Positions 38,656 through 48,395 are shown, numbered from the stretch's first letter. The stretch is 64,000 nucleotides of DNA from Candidatus Fervidifonticultor secundus (GCA_031459385.1 JAVKIP010000010.1:36120-100119); one strand, 5' to 3'. A program made the numbers and translations. The notes: generated by a model not told the origin, from the letters alone.

Positions 38656-40971
38656 CTAGCGCGGCCCGACGGTCAGGGTGCGGGACGCCCGGCCGCCGGA
38701 CAGCGCCAGGGCCGAGACGGTGATGACGTATCGGCCGCCGGGCGTGCGCGCGGCCGGGGTGAACTCGTAGGCGAACCGGCCCGCCGCATCGGTCTGCATC
38801 GAGACTTCCACGAGCTTCTGCAGGCCGGCAGCGGTCCACGCCGATACCTCGATGGTCACCATGGCGCCGGGCGCTGACACCCCGGCGACGACGAACGGCG
38901 GCGCCACGGGCTCGCCGTCCCGGGGCTGGGCCAGCGTCAGCGGCACCGGCTCGACGCTCTGCTGATCCGGCTGCGGCTCGCTGTAGGAAGGTGCCGACGC
39001 GCGCGTGAAGACCTCGCGGCGCGGGTGCGGGCAGGCCGGGGTCGCGAGGTCCCACGAGCCGGCGCAGACCGTAGTGATCACCACGCCCTCGGGCGGGGTC
39101 CAGTCGTCGGGCGGATGCGCCTGCGTGGCAGGCTTCATGAAGGCCGCCCAGATCTCCGCGGGCAGGCCGCCGCCGACCACGCGCCGCATCGGCGTGTTGT
39201 CGTCGTTCCCGACCCACACCGCGGCGGCAAGGTACGGGGTGTAGCCGACGAACCAGGCGTTGCGGTAGTCGTCGGTGGTGCCGGTCTTGCCGGCCGCCGG
39301 CCGACCGAGGGCTGCGGCGCGACCGGTGCCCCGCTCGATGACCCCCTTCAGCAGGTCGGTCATGACGTAGGCGACGTCCGGCTCCAGCGCCAGTTCGCGG
39401 CGCGGGCGGTACTCTTCCAGCACCTTGCCCCTGGCGTCGGTCACTTTCAGGATCGCCAGCGGATGGACGCGCAACCCACCGTTGGCCAGGGCGGCGAACG
39501 CCACGCTCATCTCCAGCGGCGTCACGTCGGCCGAGCCCAGCGCCAGCGAGAGCACCGGTTGCAGCGGGCTCTCGATCCCCATCTTCCTGGCCGTGGCCAC
39601 CACGTCTTTGGGCCCCAGCTCGGCGATCATGCGCGCAGCCGGCACATTGATGGACTGCTCCAGCGCCCGGCGCAGCGTCACCGGACCGGAGAACTTCCCG
39701 TCGTAGTTCTTGGGCGTCCACGGCGGGGCGCCGGGCAGTCGGTAGGTGGTCGGCAAGTCCTCCAGGATCCGCGTCGGCGGGATACCGCGGCTGATGGCCG
39801 TCGTGTAGACGAAGACCTTGAACGCCGAGCCCGGCTGGCGGCGCGCCTGCCACGCACGGTTGAACTGCGAGCGGGCGAAGTCGGCGCCGCCGATCATCGC
39901 CCGGATGGCGCCGGTGCGCGGGTCGAGGGCGACCAGGGCCGCCTGCGTGGCGTTGAGGCGCCGCCTCACCGCCGCCTCGAGGCCCCGCCGCACGGCCTGA
40001 TCGGCCAGGGCCTGCAGGCGCGGATCGAGCGTGGTGTACACCTGCAGCCCGCCCTTGTAGACCAGCTCCTCGCCGTAGGTCTCCAGCAGCCGGGTCAGGA
40101 TGAACGAGACGAAGTACGGCGCGCGGATGCCCACCAGCCCGGCGTTGGATGCCGGGGCCAGCGCGATCCGGGCGGCCTGCGCCGCGGCAGCCTGCGCCGG
40201 CGTGATGTAGCCGAGCTGCACCATGCGCTGCAGCACCAGCTCCTGGCGGGCCCTGGCCAGCCCCGGGTTGCGGTAGGGCGAATAGACCGACGGCGCCCGG
40301 ATCAGGCCCGCCAGCAGCGCCGCTTCGCCCAGCGTGACGTCCCGGGCCGGCTTGCCGAAGTAGACCTGCGCGGCCATCTCCACGCCGTAGGCGCCCTGGC
40401 CGAAGTAGACGAGGTTGAGGTAGCGCTCGAGGATCTCGTCTTTGGTCAGGCGCCGCTCGATCTCGATGGCCAGCAGCATCTCGGCGACCTTGCGCGAGAG
40501 GGCTCGCTCCTGGCTGAGGAAGAGGTTGCGGGCCAGCTGCTGGGTGATAGTGCTGCCGCCCTCCACCACGGCGCCCTCGCGCAGGTTGCGCCACAACGCC
40601 CGGGCGATGCCCCGGGGATCGATGCCGCGATGGGTGTAGAACCGCTCGTCCTCGATGGCAATGACCGCCTGGCGCAGCACCAGGGGCACCGCCGTCAGCG
40701 GCACGATCCGCCGGTTCTCGCGGTAGAGCGACGCGATCAACTCGCCGTTCTCGGCGTAGATGCGCGTCGTCTGACTCGGGGGCGCGTAGAGGCGCGAGAC
40801 GTCGTGCACCTGGCGCCCGACGGCGACCGCCACCCCCACCGCGACGCCACCGCCGATGAGTGCAGCGGCACCCACCAGCGCCAGCGCGGCCAGGGCGGCC
40901 ATCCAGGGCAGGCGCCAGGCGCGGGCAACGCGGCGGGAGCGTCGGCGGGCTCGGTCGGATCGCAACGGCAT
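38656..40971 (-). CDS. Class A penicillin-binding protein (PBP1A family) with C-terminal extension
   Basis: EDERFY.H.G, GGSTITQQLARN, RKVAE, QPGSAFK, SIN, KTGT. Confidence 0.95.
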   Translation of the reverse strand: MPLRSDRARRRSRRVARAWRLPWMAALAALALVGAAALIGGGVAVGVAVAVGRQVHDVSRLYAPPSQTTRIYAENGELIASLYRENRRIVPLTAVPLVLRQAVIAIEDERFYTHRGIDPRGIARALWRNLREGAVVEGGSTITQQLARNLFLSQERALSRKVAEMLLAIEIERRLTKDEILERYLNLVYFGQGAYGVEMAAQVYFGKPARDVTLGEAALLAGLIRAPSVYSPYRNPGLARARQELVLQRMVQLGYITPAQAAAAQAARIALAPASNAGLVGIRAPYFVSFILTRLLETYGEELVYKGGLQVYTTLDPRLQALADQAVRRGLEAAVRRRLNATQAALVALDPRTGAIRAMIGGADFARSQFNRAWQARRQPGSAFKVFVYTTAISRGIPPTRILEDLPTTYRLPGAPPWTPKNYDGKFSGPVTLRRALEQSINVPAARMIAELGPKDVVATARKMGIESPLQPVLSLALGSADVTPLEMSVAFAALANGGLRVHPLAILKVTDARGKVLEEYRPRRELALEPDVAYVMTDLLKGVIERGTGRAAALGRPAAGKTGTTDDYRNAWFVGYTPYLAAAVWVGNDDNTPMRRVVGGGLPAEIWAAFMKPATQAHPPDDWTPPEGVVITTVCAGSWDLATPACPHPRREVFTRASAPSYSEPQPDQQSVEPVPLTLAQPRDGEPVAPPFVVAGVSAPGAMVTIEVSAWTAAGLQKLVEVSMQTDAAGRFAYEFTPAARTPGGRYVITVSALALSGGRASRTLTVGPR

Positions 40972-41107
40972 GGGTCACCCGGCCCGGCCGGCACCGGGCT
41001 CGAGGCTTTATTCTAGCATATCCCCCCGTTGCCCCCGTGCGCCTTGACCGCGCGCGCAGCGGCATGCTACGGTCCATTCGATTCCTGGTCCGCTAGCAGA
41101 GGTCCGC

Positions 41108-42235
41108 ATGCCCGACGCTACCCGTCCCCGCCTGGAGTCCTCCCGCCGCCCGATCGTCGTGAAGGTCGGCACCACCACGCTGTGCGGCGACGGGCCGGGG
41201 CCGCGCGCCGACCGGCTGCGGGCCATCACCGCGCAGCTCGCCCGCGCGCACCGCGCGGGACGTCCGGTGCTGCTCGTCACCTCCGGCGCCATCGCCACCG
41301 GCGCGGGCGCGCTGGGCTTGCCCCGGCCGGCCTCGATGCCCGAGCGGCAGGCCCTGGCCGCGGTCGGGCAGCCCGTGCTGATGCGCGAGTACGCCCGGCA
41401 CTTCGCGCGCGCGGGGATCGCCGTGGCCCAGGTGCTGCTCACCGCCGACGACCTGGCGGTACGGCGGCGGTACCTCAACGCCCGCAACACCGTGGCGGCC
41501 CTGCTGCGCCGGCACATCCTGCCCATCGTGAACGAGAACGACACGGTCGCCACCGAAGAGATCCGCATCGGCGACAACGACACGCTCTCCGCGCAGGTGG
41601 CGATCCTGGTAGGGGCCGAGTTGCTGTGCATCCTCTCCGACGTGGACGGCCTCTACACCGGCGACCCGCGGCGCGACCCGGCAGCCCGCCGCATCCCCGA
41701 AGTCCCGGCCATCACCGCCGAGATCGAGCGGCTGGCCCGGCGCACCCCGTCGGGGGTCGGCACCGGCGGCATGATCACCAAGCTCACCGCAGCACGCCTG
41801 GCCACGGCCGCGGGCTGCACCGTGGTCATCGCCGACGGCCGCACACCGCGGGTGCTCGACCGCCTCCTGGCCGGCGAGCGGCTGGGCACCTGGTTCCTGC
41901 CGGTGGCGCGCACCGTCGCCGGCCGCAAGCGGTGGCTGGTGGCCAGCGCCCGCGTCCGCGGCCGGCTCGTGGTGGACGATGGCGCGGCGGCGGCGCTGCG
42001 CGAGCGTGGCCGCAGCCTGCTGCCGTCGGGCATCCGCGAGGTCCACGGCGCCTTCAGCGCCGGCGACCTGGTCGCGGTGCTCGATCCTGCGGGCCGCGAG
42101 ATCGCCCGGGGCATCGTGGCGCACGACCGGACCGTGCTGGAGCAGATGCGCGGCCGGCGCAGCCAGGAGATCGCCCACCTGGCGCGCGGGCGGATCGAGG
42201 CGATCCACCGGGACAACCTGGTCCTCTCGGGCTGA
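41108..42235 (+). CDS. proB: Glutamate 5-kinase
   Basis: VVKVGT, NENDTV, GDNDTLSA, GTGGM.TK, PUA domain. Confidence 0.96.
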   Translation: MPDATRPRLESSRRPIVVKVGTTTLCGDGPGPRADRLRAITAQLARAHRAGRPVLLVTSGAIATGAGALGLPRPASMPERQALAAVGQPVLMREYARHFARAGIAVAQVLLTADDLAVRRRYLNARNTVAALLRRHILPIVNENDTVATEEIRIGDNDTLSAQVAILVGAELLCILSDVDGLYTGDPRRDPAARRIPEVPAITAEIERLARRTPSGVGTGGMITKLTAARLATAAGCTVVIADGRTPRVLDRLLAGERLGTWFLPVARTVAGRKRWLVASARVRGRLVVDDGAAAALRERGRSLLPSGIREVHGAFSAGDLVAVLDPAGREIARGIVAHDRTVLEQMRGRRSQEIAHLARGRIEAIHRDNLVLSG

Positions 42236-42257
42236 CCTGGCCAGGAGGAAACATGCA

Positions 42258-43523
42258 GTGATCGACGTCACGCACGTAGACGCGATGGTGGCGCGGGCGC
42301 GAGAGGCGGCGGCGGCGATGCGGGTGCTGCCCCGGGCGGCCAAGGATGCCGCCCTGCTGCGCCTCGCCGAGCTGCTGGAGGTCGCCACCGACCGGCTGCT
42401 GGAGGCCAACGCCCAGGACGTAGCCGACGCCGAAGCCGGCGGGCAGCGCGCAGCGCTGGTCGACCGCCTCCGCCTGACCCCCGAGCGGATCCGTACCATG
42501 GCCCGCAGCGTGCGCGACGTCGTCGCCCTGCCGGATCCCGTCGGCGAGATCGTGGAGCTGCGCGAGCGGCCCAACGGCATGCGCGTGGGCCGCATGCGGA
42601 CCCCCATCGGCGTCATCCTGATGATCTACGAGGCCCGGCCCAACGTCACCGTGGATGCCGCCGCGCTGTGCGTGAAGGCCGGCAATGCGGCGATCCTCCG
42701 GGGCGGCCGCGAAGCGCGGCGCTCCAATGCGGTGCTGGCTGATCTGCTGGCGCGGGCAGGGCTGCCCGAGGGCACCGTACAGGTGATCGCGCACTCCGAC
42801 CACGACGTCGTGACCGCGCTGCTCCGCGCGCCCGGTATCGACCTCTGCATCCCCCGGGGCAGCGAGCGGCTGATCCGCTCGGTCGTCGAGCACGCCCGCA
42901 TGCCGGTCCTCAAGCACTTCAAGGGCGTCTGCCACCTGTTCGTAGATCGCGACGCCGACCTGGCGATGGCGGTGCGCCTGGCCGTCAACGCCAAGGCGCA
43001 GCGGCCCAGCGTCTGCAACGCGCTGGAGACGCTGCTGGTGGACGCGCCGGTGGCCGCGACGTTCCTGCCGCAGGCGCTGGAGGCGCTGGCCGCCGCCGGG
43101 GTCGAGGTGCGGGCCGACGCAGAGACGCTCGCCATCGCAGCCCGCGCGGGCGGGCCGGCGGCCGCCGCGGTCCGGCCCGCCCGCGACGAGGACTGGGCCA
43201 CCGAGTACCTCGACTACATCCTGAACGTGCGGGTCGTCGATGGGCTGGACGAAGCGCTGGCCCACATCCAGCGCTACAGCACCGGGCTCGCCGACGCCAT
43301 CGTGACCCGCGACGAGGGGCGCGCGCAGCGCTTCCTGGCCGCGGTGGACAGCGCCGCCGTGCTCGTCAACGCGTCGACGCGCCTGGTCGATGGCGGCGAG
43401 TTCGGCCTGGGCGCCGAGATCGGCATCAGCACCGACCGCATCGGTCCCCGGGGGCCCATGGGCGTCGCCGAACTGACCTCGCTGAAGTGGGTGGTGCTCG
43501 GGAGCGGGCAGATTCGGGCGTGA
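42258..43523 (+). CDS. proA: Gamma-glutamyl phosphate reductase
   Basis: YEARPNVT, IPRG, CNALETLL, NASTR..DG.EFG.GAEIGIST, RGPMG. GTG start after AGGAGG. Confidence 0.96.
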   Translation: MIDVTHVDAMVARAREAAAAMRVLPRAAKDAALLRLAELLEVATDRLLEANAQDVADAEAGGQRAALVDRLRLTPERIRTMARSVRDVVALPDPVGEIVELRERPNGMRVGRMRTPIGVILMIYEARPNVTVDAAALCVKAGNAAILRGGREARRSNAVLADLLARAGLPEGTVQVIAHSDHDVVTALLRAPGIDLCIPRGSERLIRSVVEHARMPVLKHFKGVCHLFVDRDADLAMAVRLAVNAKAQRPSVCNALETLLVDAPVAATFLPQALEALAAAGVEVRADAETLAIAARAGGPAAAAVRPARDEDWATEYLDYILNVRVVDGLDEALAHIQRYSTGLADAIVTRDEGRAQRFLAAVDSAAVLVNASTRLVDGGEFGLGAEIGISTDRIGPRGPMGVAELTSLKWVVLGSGQIRA

Positions 43524-43560
43524 CGGGCCAGGGCGTGACGGGCCAGGGCGTGACGGGCTA
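43516..43560. repeat. 15-bp tandem repeat x3 (GGGCGTGACGGGCCA)
   Basis: Two exact units and a third with one mismatch, spanning the stops of convergent proA and M23 genes. Confidence 0.9.
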
Positions 43561-44526
43561 AGGCGCGACTATCGGGCTGCCTGTCCACTGCAGCGGATCG
43601 ACCAGCACGCCGTGCACCCGCACCCCCCAGTGCAGGTGGGGCCCGGTGCTCAGCCCGGTGGATCCCACCTTGCCCACTCGGTCGCCAGCCCGCACCCATC
43701 GTCCCGCGGCGGTAGCGATCGCCGACAGGTGCAGGTAGGTGGTGAACACGCCGGCACCATGGTCCACGACGACCGTCTGCCCGCCCAGCGGCAGCGGCTC
43801 GGCCAGGGTCACGAGCCCGCGCTGCGCGGCCATCACGGGTGTGCCCTCGTCGACGCGGAAGTCCACGCCCAGATGGTAGCCCGCGGGCACCTCGTTGTAG
43901 ACGCTGCGCACGCCGTAGTTGGACACAACCGGGCCGTCCACCGGCAGCCGAAACGGCCCGTCCCACTGCGGGGTCGGCAGCGGGTGCGCCGTCGCCTGCG
44001 CGATCTTGCGCCGCTCCTCGGCGACGAGTGCCGGATCCAGCAGTTGCGGCGGCACCTGCAGCCGCCGCACGCCGAAGGTCCCGGCACGCACCCGCACGGT
44101 CCCCACCAGCGTCGTCTGGCCGCTGCGCTGCAGCCGCACACGCACCACCAGGACCCCGGGCGGCATCAGGGGGCTGGTGCCGACGAACGCCTGGTAGGCG
44201 TCGCCTCGGCGGTGCATCGGCACCCGCCGGCCGCCCACCTCGAGCGCCGGCGGGATGGAGCCGCCGTCGAGCACGCGCACCCGCAGCACCTGCCCTTGCA
44301 CCAGGGTGACCGCACTGAGGACAAGGCGCGGCCGGCCGCCGGGCACGTGTGCGGTGGCCAGCCCCTCTGCCGGCGCCAGGGCCGCCAGCCCCGGTGCCAC
44401 CGGTCCGGGCCCTGCCGGTCCCGGCCCCAGCGGTCCCGGCGTCGCCACCCCCGTGACGACGCCAGCCAGCACACCGCAGGCCCCGGCGGCCAGCACCCGC
44501 GCCCGCCATCCCGGTGCGCCCACCAC
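43558..44526 (-). CDS. M23 family metallopeptidase
   Basis: HLGVD (HxxxD), YLHLS, GSTGLSTGPHLHW. Start estimated. Confidence 0.92.
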   Translation of the reverse strand: MVGAPGWRARVLAAGACGVLAGVVTGVATPGPLGPGPAGPGPVAPGLAALAPAEGLATAHVPGGRPRLVLSAVTLVQGQVLRVRVLDGGSIPPALEVGGRRVPMHRRGDAYQAFVGTSPLMPPGVLVVRVRLQRSGQTTLVGTVRVRAGTFGVRRLQVPPQLLDPALVAEERRKIAQATAHPLPTPQWDGPFRLPVDGPVVSNYGVRSVYNEVPAGYHLGVDFRVDEGTPVMAAQRGLVTLAEPLPLGGQTVVVDHGAGVFTTYLHLSAIATAAGRWVRAGDRVGKVGSTGLSTGPHLHWGVRVHGVLVDPLQWTGSPIVAP

Positions 44527-44702
44527 CGCCCCGCCTCCGCGCACTCTTCCCCTCCGACTGCCTGCCGCCCGTTGCCGCCCTGCTGCCAACGCCTATTCCC
44601 GCCCGGGCCGGCGCCTGCCTGCCGTCATGCCAGGAAGCCACCGGCGCGGCGCGAACTGCACACACCGCAGTCACAGCGCCGCCGGTACGCGAGGAGGTCC
44701 CG

Positions 44703-45140
44703 ATGCCCATCAGGCTGTCTCGCGAACTGAAAGAACACGTCCAGCAGGTCTACACCGGCTTCGCCACCGCCGACCCCCTGCAAACCCGCGGCGTGATCCG
44801 GGTCGCCACGCGGCAGCGCTGGGGTTCTGAGAGGGCGTCCAGTTCGCCCGTGTGGCGGCCATGCGCGACGTCACCCGGGAGAGGCTGGAGTTCCACGTCC
44901 GCGGCTACTACGATTGCCGCGACGGACGCGTGCCCGGCGTACCTAACCTGGGTTTCGAGGAGATCCGCTACGAGATCCAGCTCGAGAGCCCCGAGGAGCC
45001 CGGCCGCATCCGGGCGCTGGTGGAGGAAGCCGAGCGGCACTGTTACGTGCTGCACACTCTGCGGCGCGCCGTCCGCCTGGGCGCCCGCGTGCTGCTGAAC
45101 GGTGCGGTGCTCGATGAGCGCGACGTGCCACCGCCCGATG
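44703..45140 (+). pseudogene. OsmC/Ohr-family gene with UGA at the catalytic Cys position, frameshifted
   Basis: GAGGAGG RBS and ATG 44703 (MPIRLSRELKE...IRVATR). Frame change near 44812 to AALGF-TGA(44828)-EGVQFARVAAMR...GFEEIRYEIQLES...AERHCYVLHTL. No stop before the tRNA. Confidence 0.7.
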
Positions 45141-45156
45141 AGCTTTCGTGTGCGCC

Positions 45157-45232
45157 TGGTGGAGACGAGCGGATTCGAACCGCCGACCCCCTCGTTGCGA
45201 ACGAGGTGCTCTCCCAGCTGAGCTACGTCCCC
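45157..45232 (-). tRNA. tRNA-Ala (anticodon CGC)
   Basis: GGGGACGTAGCTCAGCTGGGAGAGCACCTCGTTCGCAACGAGGGGGTCGGCGGTTCGAATCCGCTCGTCTCCACCA: 76 nt cloverleaf, G3:U70 pair, encoded CCA. Confidence 0.97.
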
Positions 45233-45244
45233 ACGACCAGGGCC

Positions 45245-45274
45245 ATTATACGGAGAAGGCCCCGCGTGACGCAA
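45245..45274 (-). promoter_or_regulatory. Promoter of tRNA-Ala
   Basis: TTGCGT-N18-TATAAT on the minus strand, 12 nt upstream of the tRNA 5' end. Confidence 0.7.
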
Positions 45275-45366
45275 CCGCACGCGCCGCGGGCGCCGCACCG
45301 CAGACCACGCGTCGCCACCCGAGCGGTTGCGGCTGGCTCCCCGCGCGGCTACCGTGGAGGCCGGAG

Positions 45367-46116
45367 ATGGCAGACGACCCCAACCGGTACTCGCTGCCGT
45401 TCCGCGTACGCTACGAGGAGTGCGGGCCGGGCGGCACGCTGCGCGCAGCGGTGTGCCTGCGCTACGCACAGGAGCTGGCGTTCGCCCACTCGGCGGCGCT
45501 CGGCTTCTCCCTGGCCTGGTACGAGGCCCACCGCCGGTTCTGGCTGGTCCGGCGCATCGCGCTGGTGGTGGAGGCGCCGGCCCGCTACGGCGACGACCTG
45601 ATCGGCACCACGCAGGTGCTGGGGATGCGCCGCGTCCTGGCCCGCCGACGCACGACGATCCGCCGCGCAGGCGACGGCGCGCCGGTGGCGTCCGCGGTCG
45701 TGGACTGGATCTTCACCGCCGACGGCACGGCACCGGCGCGCGTGCCCCCGGACCTGGTCGCGGCCTTTCCCGCGCTGGGCCGGGCTGTCACGCTCCTCCC
45801 GCTCCCCGCGCCGGCCACGCCGGAGGGGGCCGTGTGGACCGCGCGCCGCTTCCGCCTGGGCGACCTCGACGCCATGGGCCACGTCAACAACGCGGTCTAC
45901 GTCGACCTGCTCGACGACGCCGTCTGGCGCGCGGGCGCCGGCGCGCTGCTGGAAGGGCACCCGCGCACCTACGACCTGCAGTACCACGCGGCGGCGCGCG
46001 CCGACGAGGTCCTGCGCGAGACGGTCTGGGAGGCTGGCAGCGGCTGGTGGTACCGGCTGGAAACCACCGCAGGCGACCTCCGCGCGCACGGACGCCTGCG
46101 GCCTGACGGCCTCTGA
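45367..46116 (+). CDS. Acyl-ACP thioesterase family (double hotdog fold)
   Basis: FRVRYEE, YAQE.A..HS, DLDAMGHVNNAVY. Confidence 0.85.
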   Translation: MADDPNRYSLPFRVRYEECGPGGTLRAAVCLRYAQELAFAHSAALGFSLAWYEAHRRFWLVRRIALVVEAPARYGDDLIGTTQVLGMRRVLARRRTTIRRAGDGAPVASAVVDWIFTADGTAPARVPPDLVAAFPALGRAVTLLPLPAPATPEGAVWTARRFRLGDLDAMGHVNNAVYVDLLDDAVWRAGAGALLEGHPRTYDLQYHAAARADEVLRETVWEAGSGWWYRLETTAGDLRAHGRLRPDGL

Positions 46117-46141
46117 CCGGATCGGGACTGCTGCCCCGGTT

Positions 46142-47125
46142 CTACAATCCCAGCAACCGGGCGGCGTTCCCGCCCAGGATCGCGGCCCGCGCCGTCTCGG
46201 CCACCGGCAGGGCGCGCAGGCTCTCCAGCATCAGCGGAATGCTGCCGATCTGGTGCGGGTAGTCGCTGCCCGCCAGCAGCCGGTCGGTGCCGGCGAACTC
46301 GGCGGCCAGGGCCAGCGCGCGGGGGTCGAAGTTCACCGTGTCGTAATAGAAGTGCGCGCGCAGGTACTCGCTGGGCGGCCGCGAGATGTGTGCCCGGCAT
46401 TCGCGGAAGGCCCGGTACCCCCGGTCGAGCCGCTCGGCCAGGTATGGAATCGCGCCGCCCAGGTGGCTGAGCACCCACCGGATGCGTGGGAAGCGCTCGA
46501 CGACCCCGGCGAAGACCAGGTGCGCCGCCGCCAGCGTGGTGTCGAACAGGAACCCGACGAGCGGCGCCAGCCAGTAGACGGTCATCGCCTCCACGCCGGC
46601 GGGTGCCGTGGGGTGGATGTGCAGGACCGCAGCGTGCGCGTCCGCCACCTCGTAGAGCGGCCAGAAGCGCCGATCGGCCAGCGGTGTGCCGTTGACGTTG
46701 GCGAAGAGCATCGCGCCAGGCAGGCGCAGCTGCGTCACGCAGCGCTCCAGCTCGCGCGCGGCGGCCGCCGGGTCGTTCAACGGCAGCGTCGCCAGCGCGC
46801 TGAAACGCTGTCCGCGTGCCGCCACGATGGCGGCGAAGGCGTCGTTGACCAGGGCCGCCAGGTCCGCGGCCCGGCGGGGTTCCTCGACGTGGGTACCCGG
46901 CGTGGTCAGGGTCAGCACCTGCCGGTCGATGCCGTGGCGGACCAGAACCTCCTCGCGGTAGGCGAGGTCGCGGTGGCCGCGCACGGCGATGTTGTAGTCG
47001 CCTGGGTAGTGCAGCCTGAGGTTGCCCCCATCGTCTACCGTGAGGCGCACGGCGCCTGGCTGGGCCACGAGCGCGTCCAGATACGCGGGCGGGTAGAAGT
47101 GGGTGTGGACGTCCACGATCGGCAT
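46142..47125 (-). CDS. Amidohydrolase family 2 protein (ACMSD-like decarboxylase)
   Basis: DVHTH, HIHP, SHLGG.IP, YYDT, GSDYP. Confidence 0.88.
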   Translation of the reverse strand: MPIVDVHTHFYPPAYLDALVAQPGAVRLTVDDGGNLRLHYPGDYNIAVRGHRDLAYREEVLVRHGIDRQVLTLTTPGTHVEEPRRAADLAALVNDAFAAIVAARGQRFSALATLPLNDPAAAARELERCVTQLRLPGAMLFANVNGTPLADRRFWPLYEVADAHAAVLHIHPTAPAGVEAMTVYWLAPLVGFLFDTTLAAAHLVFAGVVERFPRIRWVLSHLGGAIPYLAERLDRGYRAFRECRAHISRPPSEYLRAHFYYDTVNFDPRALALAAEFAGTDRLLAGSDYPHQIGSIPLMLESLRALPVAETARAAILGGNAARLLGL

Positions 47126-47318
47126 CGTCGCCTCCCGAGCACCGCGGTGGTCCCGCCGGGCCGCCCGCCCGCAAACGACTCTATCGACCACCTGGTCGGC
47201 AGCCCAGGACGAGTTCCACCTCGTCGGCCCGATGCCTGCGCGCCGCACGGGCCAGGAGAGGAATCCGGCCCCGCGGGCCTAACTGGGCCTGCAGTCGCCT
47301 ACCGGGGGGATGGGACCA

Positions 47319-48395
47319 ATGCTGTCGGAGATCGAACGCGGCTGTCTGGTCCTCACCGACATCACCGGGTACACACGGTACCTCGCCGGCACCGAACTCG
47401 AGCACGCCCAGGACGTGCTGGCGGATCTGATGACTACCGTCGTCGGCGCTCTGCGGCCGCCGCTGCGGCTGGCCAAGCTCGAAGGCGACGCCGTCTTCGC
47501 CTACGCCCCGGCGGGCCGGCTGGACGGCCCGACGTTGCTCGACCTCGCGGAGAGCTGCTACTTCCGCTTCCGGCGTCGGCTCCGCGACATCCGGCAGGCG
47601 ACGACGTGCCAGTGCAACGCCTGCCGGCAGATGCCGCTGCTGGACCTGAAGCTGTTCGCCCACGACGGCGAGTTCGTGCGGCAGCGGGTGGCCGGCCGGG
47701 AGGAACTCGCGGGGGCCGACGTCATCCTGCTGCACCGCCTCTTGAAGAACAGCGTCGCCGAGACGCTGCGTCTGCAGGGCTACGCGCTGTTCACCGAGGC
47801 ATGCGTACGGGCCATGCAGGTGGATCCCGCGACGACAGGCATGCGCGAGCACGTAGAGACCCACGAGCACCTGGGCGCCGTGCGGACGTTTGTCCAGGAC
47901 CTCCATGTGCGCTGGGCCGAAGAGCAGGAGCGGCAGCGGGTCTACATCGGGCCGGGCCAGGCCGAGCTCGAGCTGCCGTTCGAGATCCCGGCTGCGCCGC
48001 CTGTGGTGTGGGACTACCTGACCTCGCCCGCCAGGCGCATGCGCTACCAGCCGGGGACCCACCGGATCGACCAGCAGAACCCCCGCGGCCGGCGCGGACC
48101 CGGCACGACGAACCACTGCGTCCACGGCCACCAGGTAATCGTCGAGGAGATCCTCGACTGGCGGCCCTTCCACTACTTCACCGTGCGGTTCGTCGTCATG
48201 GAAATCATGCTGGAGGAGACCGTCGAGCTCGCGGCCGTCGACGACGGCACACGGGTGACGCTGCGGACGCGGGGGCCCAGGGCCGGGAAAGCCCGCCAGG
48301 CCTGGGAGTCGTTGCGCGAGCAGCACACCGGCTACATGCGCGAGGTCTTCGCGCAGCTGGCCGCGGTCGTCCAAGAGGAGACCGCGGGCGGCTAG
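47319..48395 (+). CDS. DUF2652-like (class III cyclase-like) domain fused to an SRPBCC/START domain
   Basis: TDITGYT, KLEGDA, CQCNAC, H.GE, DVI..HRLLKN; C-terminal APPVVWDYLT...HCVHG...DWRPF.YFT. Confidence 0.75.
   Translation: MLSEIERGCLVLTDITGYTRYLAGTELEHAQDVLADLMTTVVGALRPPLRLAKLEGDAVFAYAPAGRLDGPTLLDLAESCYFRFRRRLRDIRQATTCQCNACRQMPLLDLKLFAHDGEFVRQRVAGREELAGADVILLHRLLKNSVAETLRLQGYALFTEACVRAMQVDPATTGMREHVETHEHLGAVRTFVQDLHVRWAEEQERQRVYIGPGQAELELPFEIPAAPPVVWDYLTSPARRMRYQPGTHRIDQQNPRGRRGPGTTNHCVHGHQVIVEEILDWRPFHYFTVRFVVMEIMLEETVELAAVDDGTRVTLRTRGPRAGKARQAWESLREQHTGYMREVFAQLAAVVQEETAGG

Noticed and set aside
45157..45232. tRNA as tRNA-Sec, given the adjacent UGA gene
   Set aside because: 76 nt, short variable arm, CGC anticodon and G3:U70 identify it as tRNA-Ala.
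44852..45601. 249-aa ORF as an intact gene
   Set aside because: Only the first ~95 codons look like OsmC; the rest runs antisense through tRNA-Ala and out of frame into the thioesterase gene.
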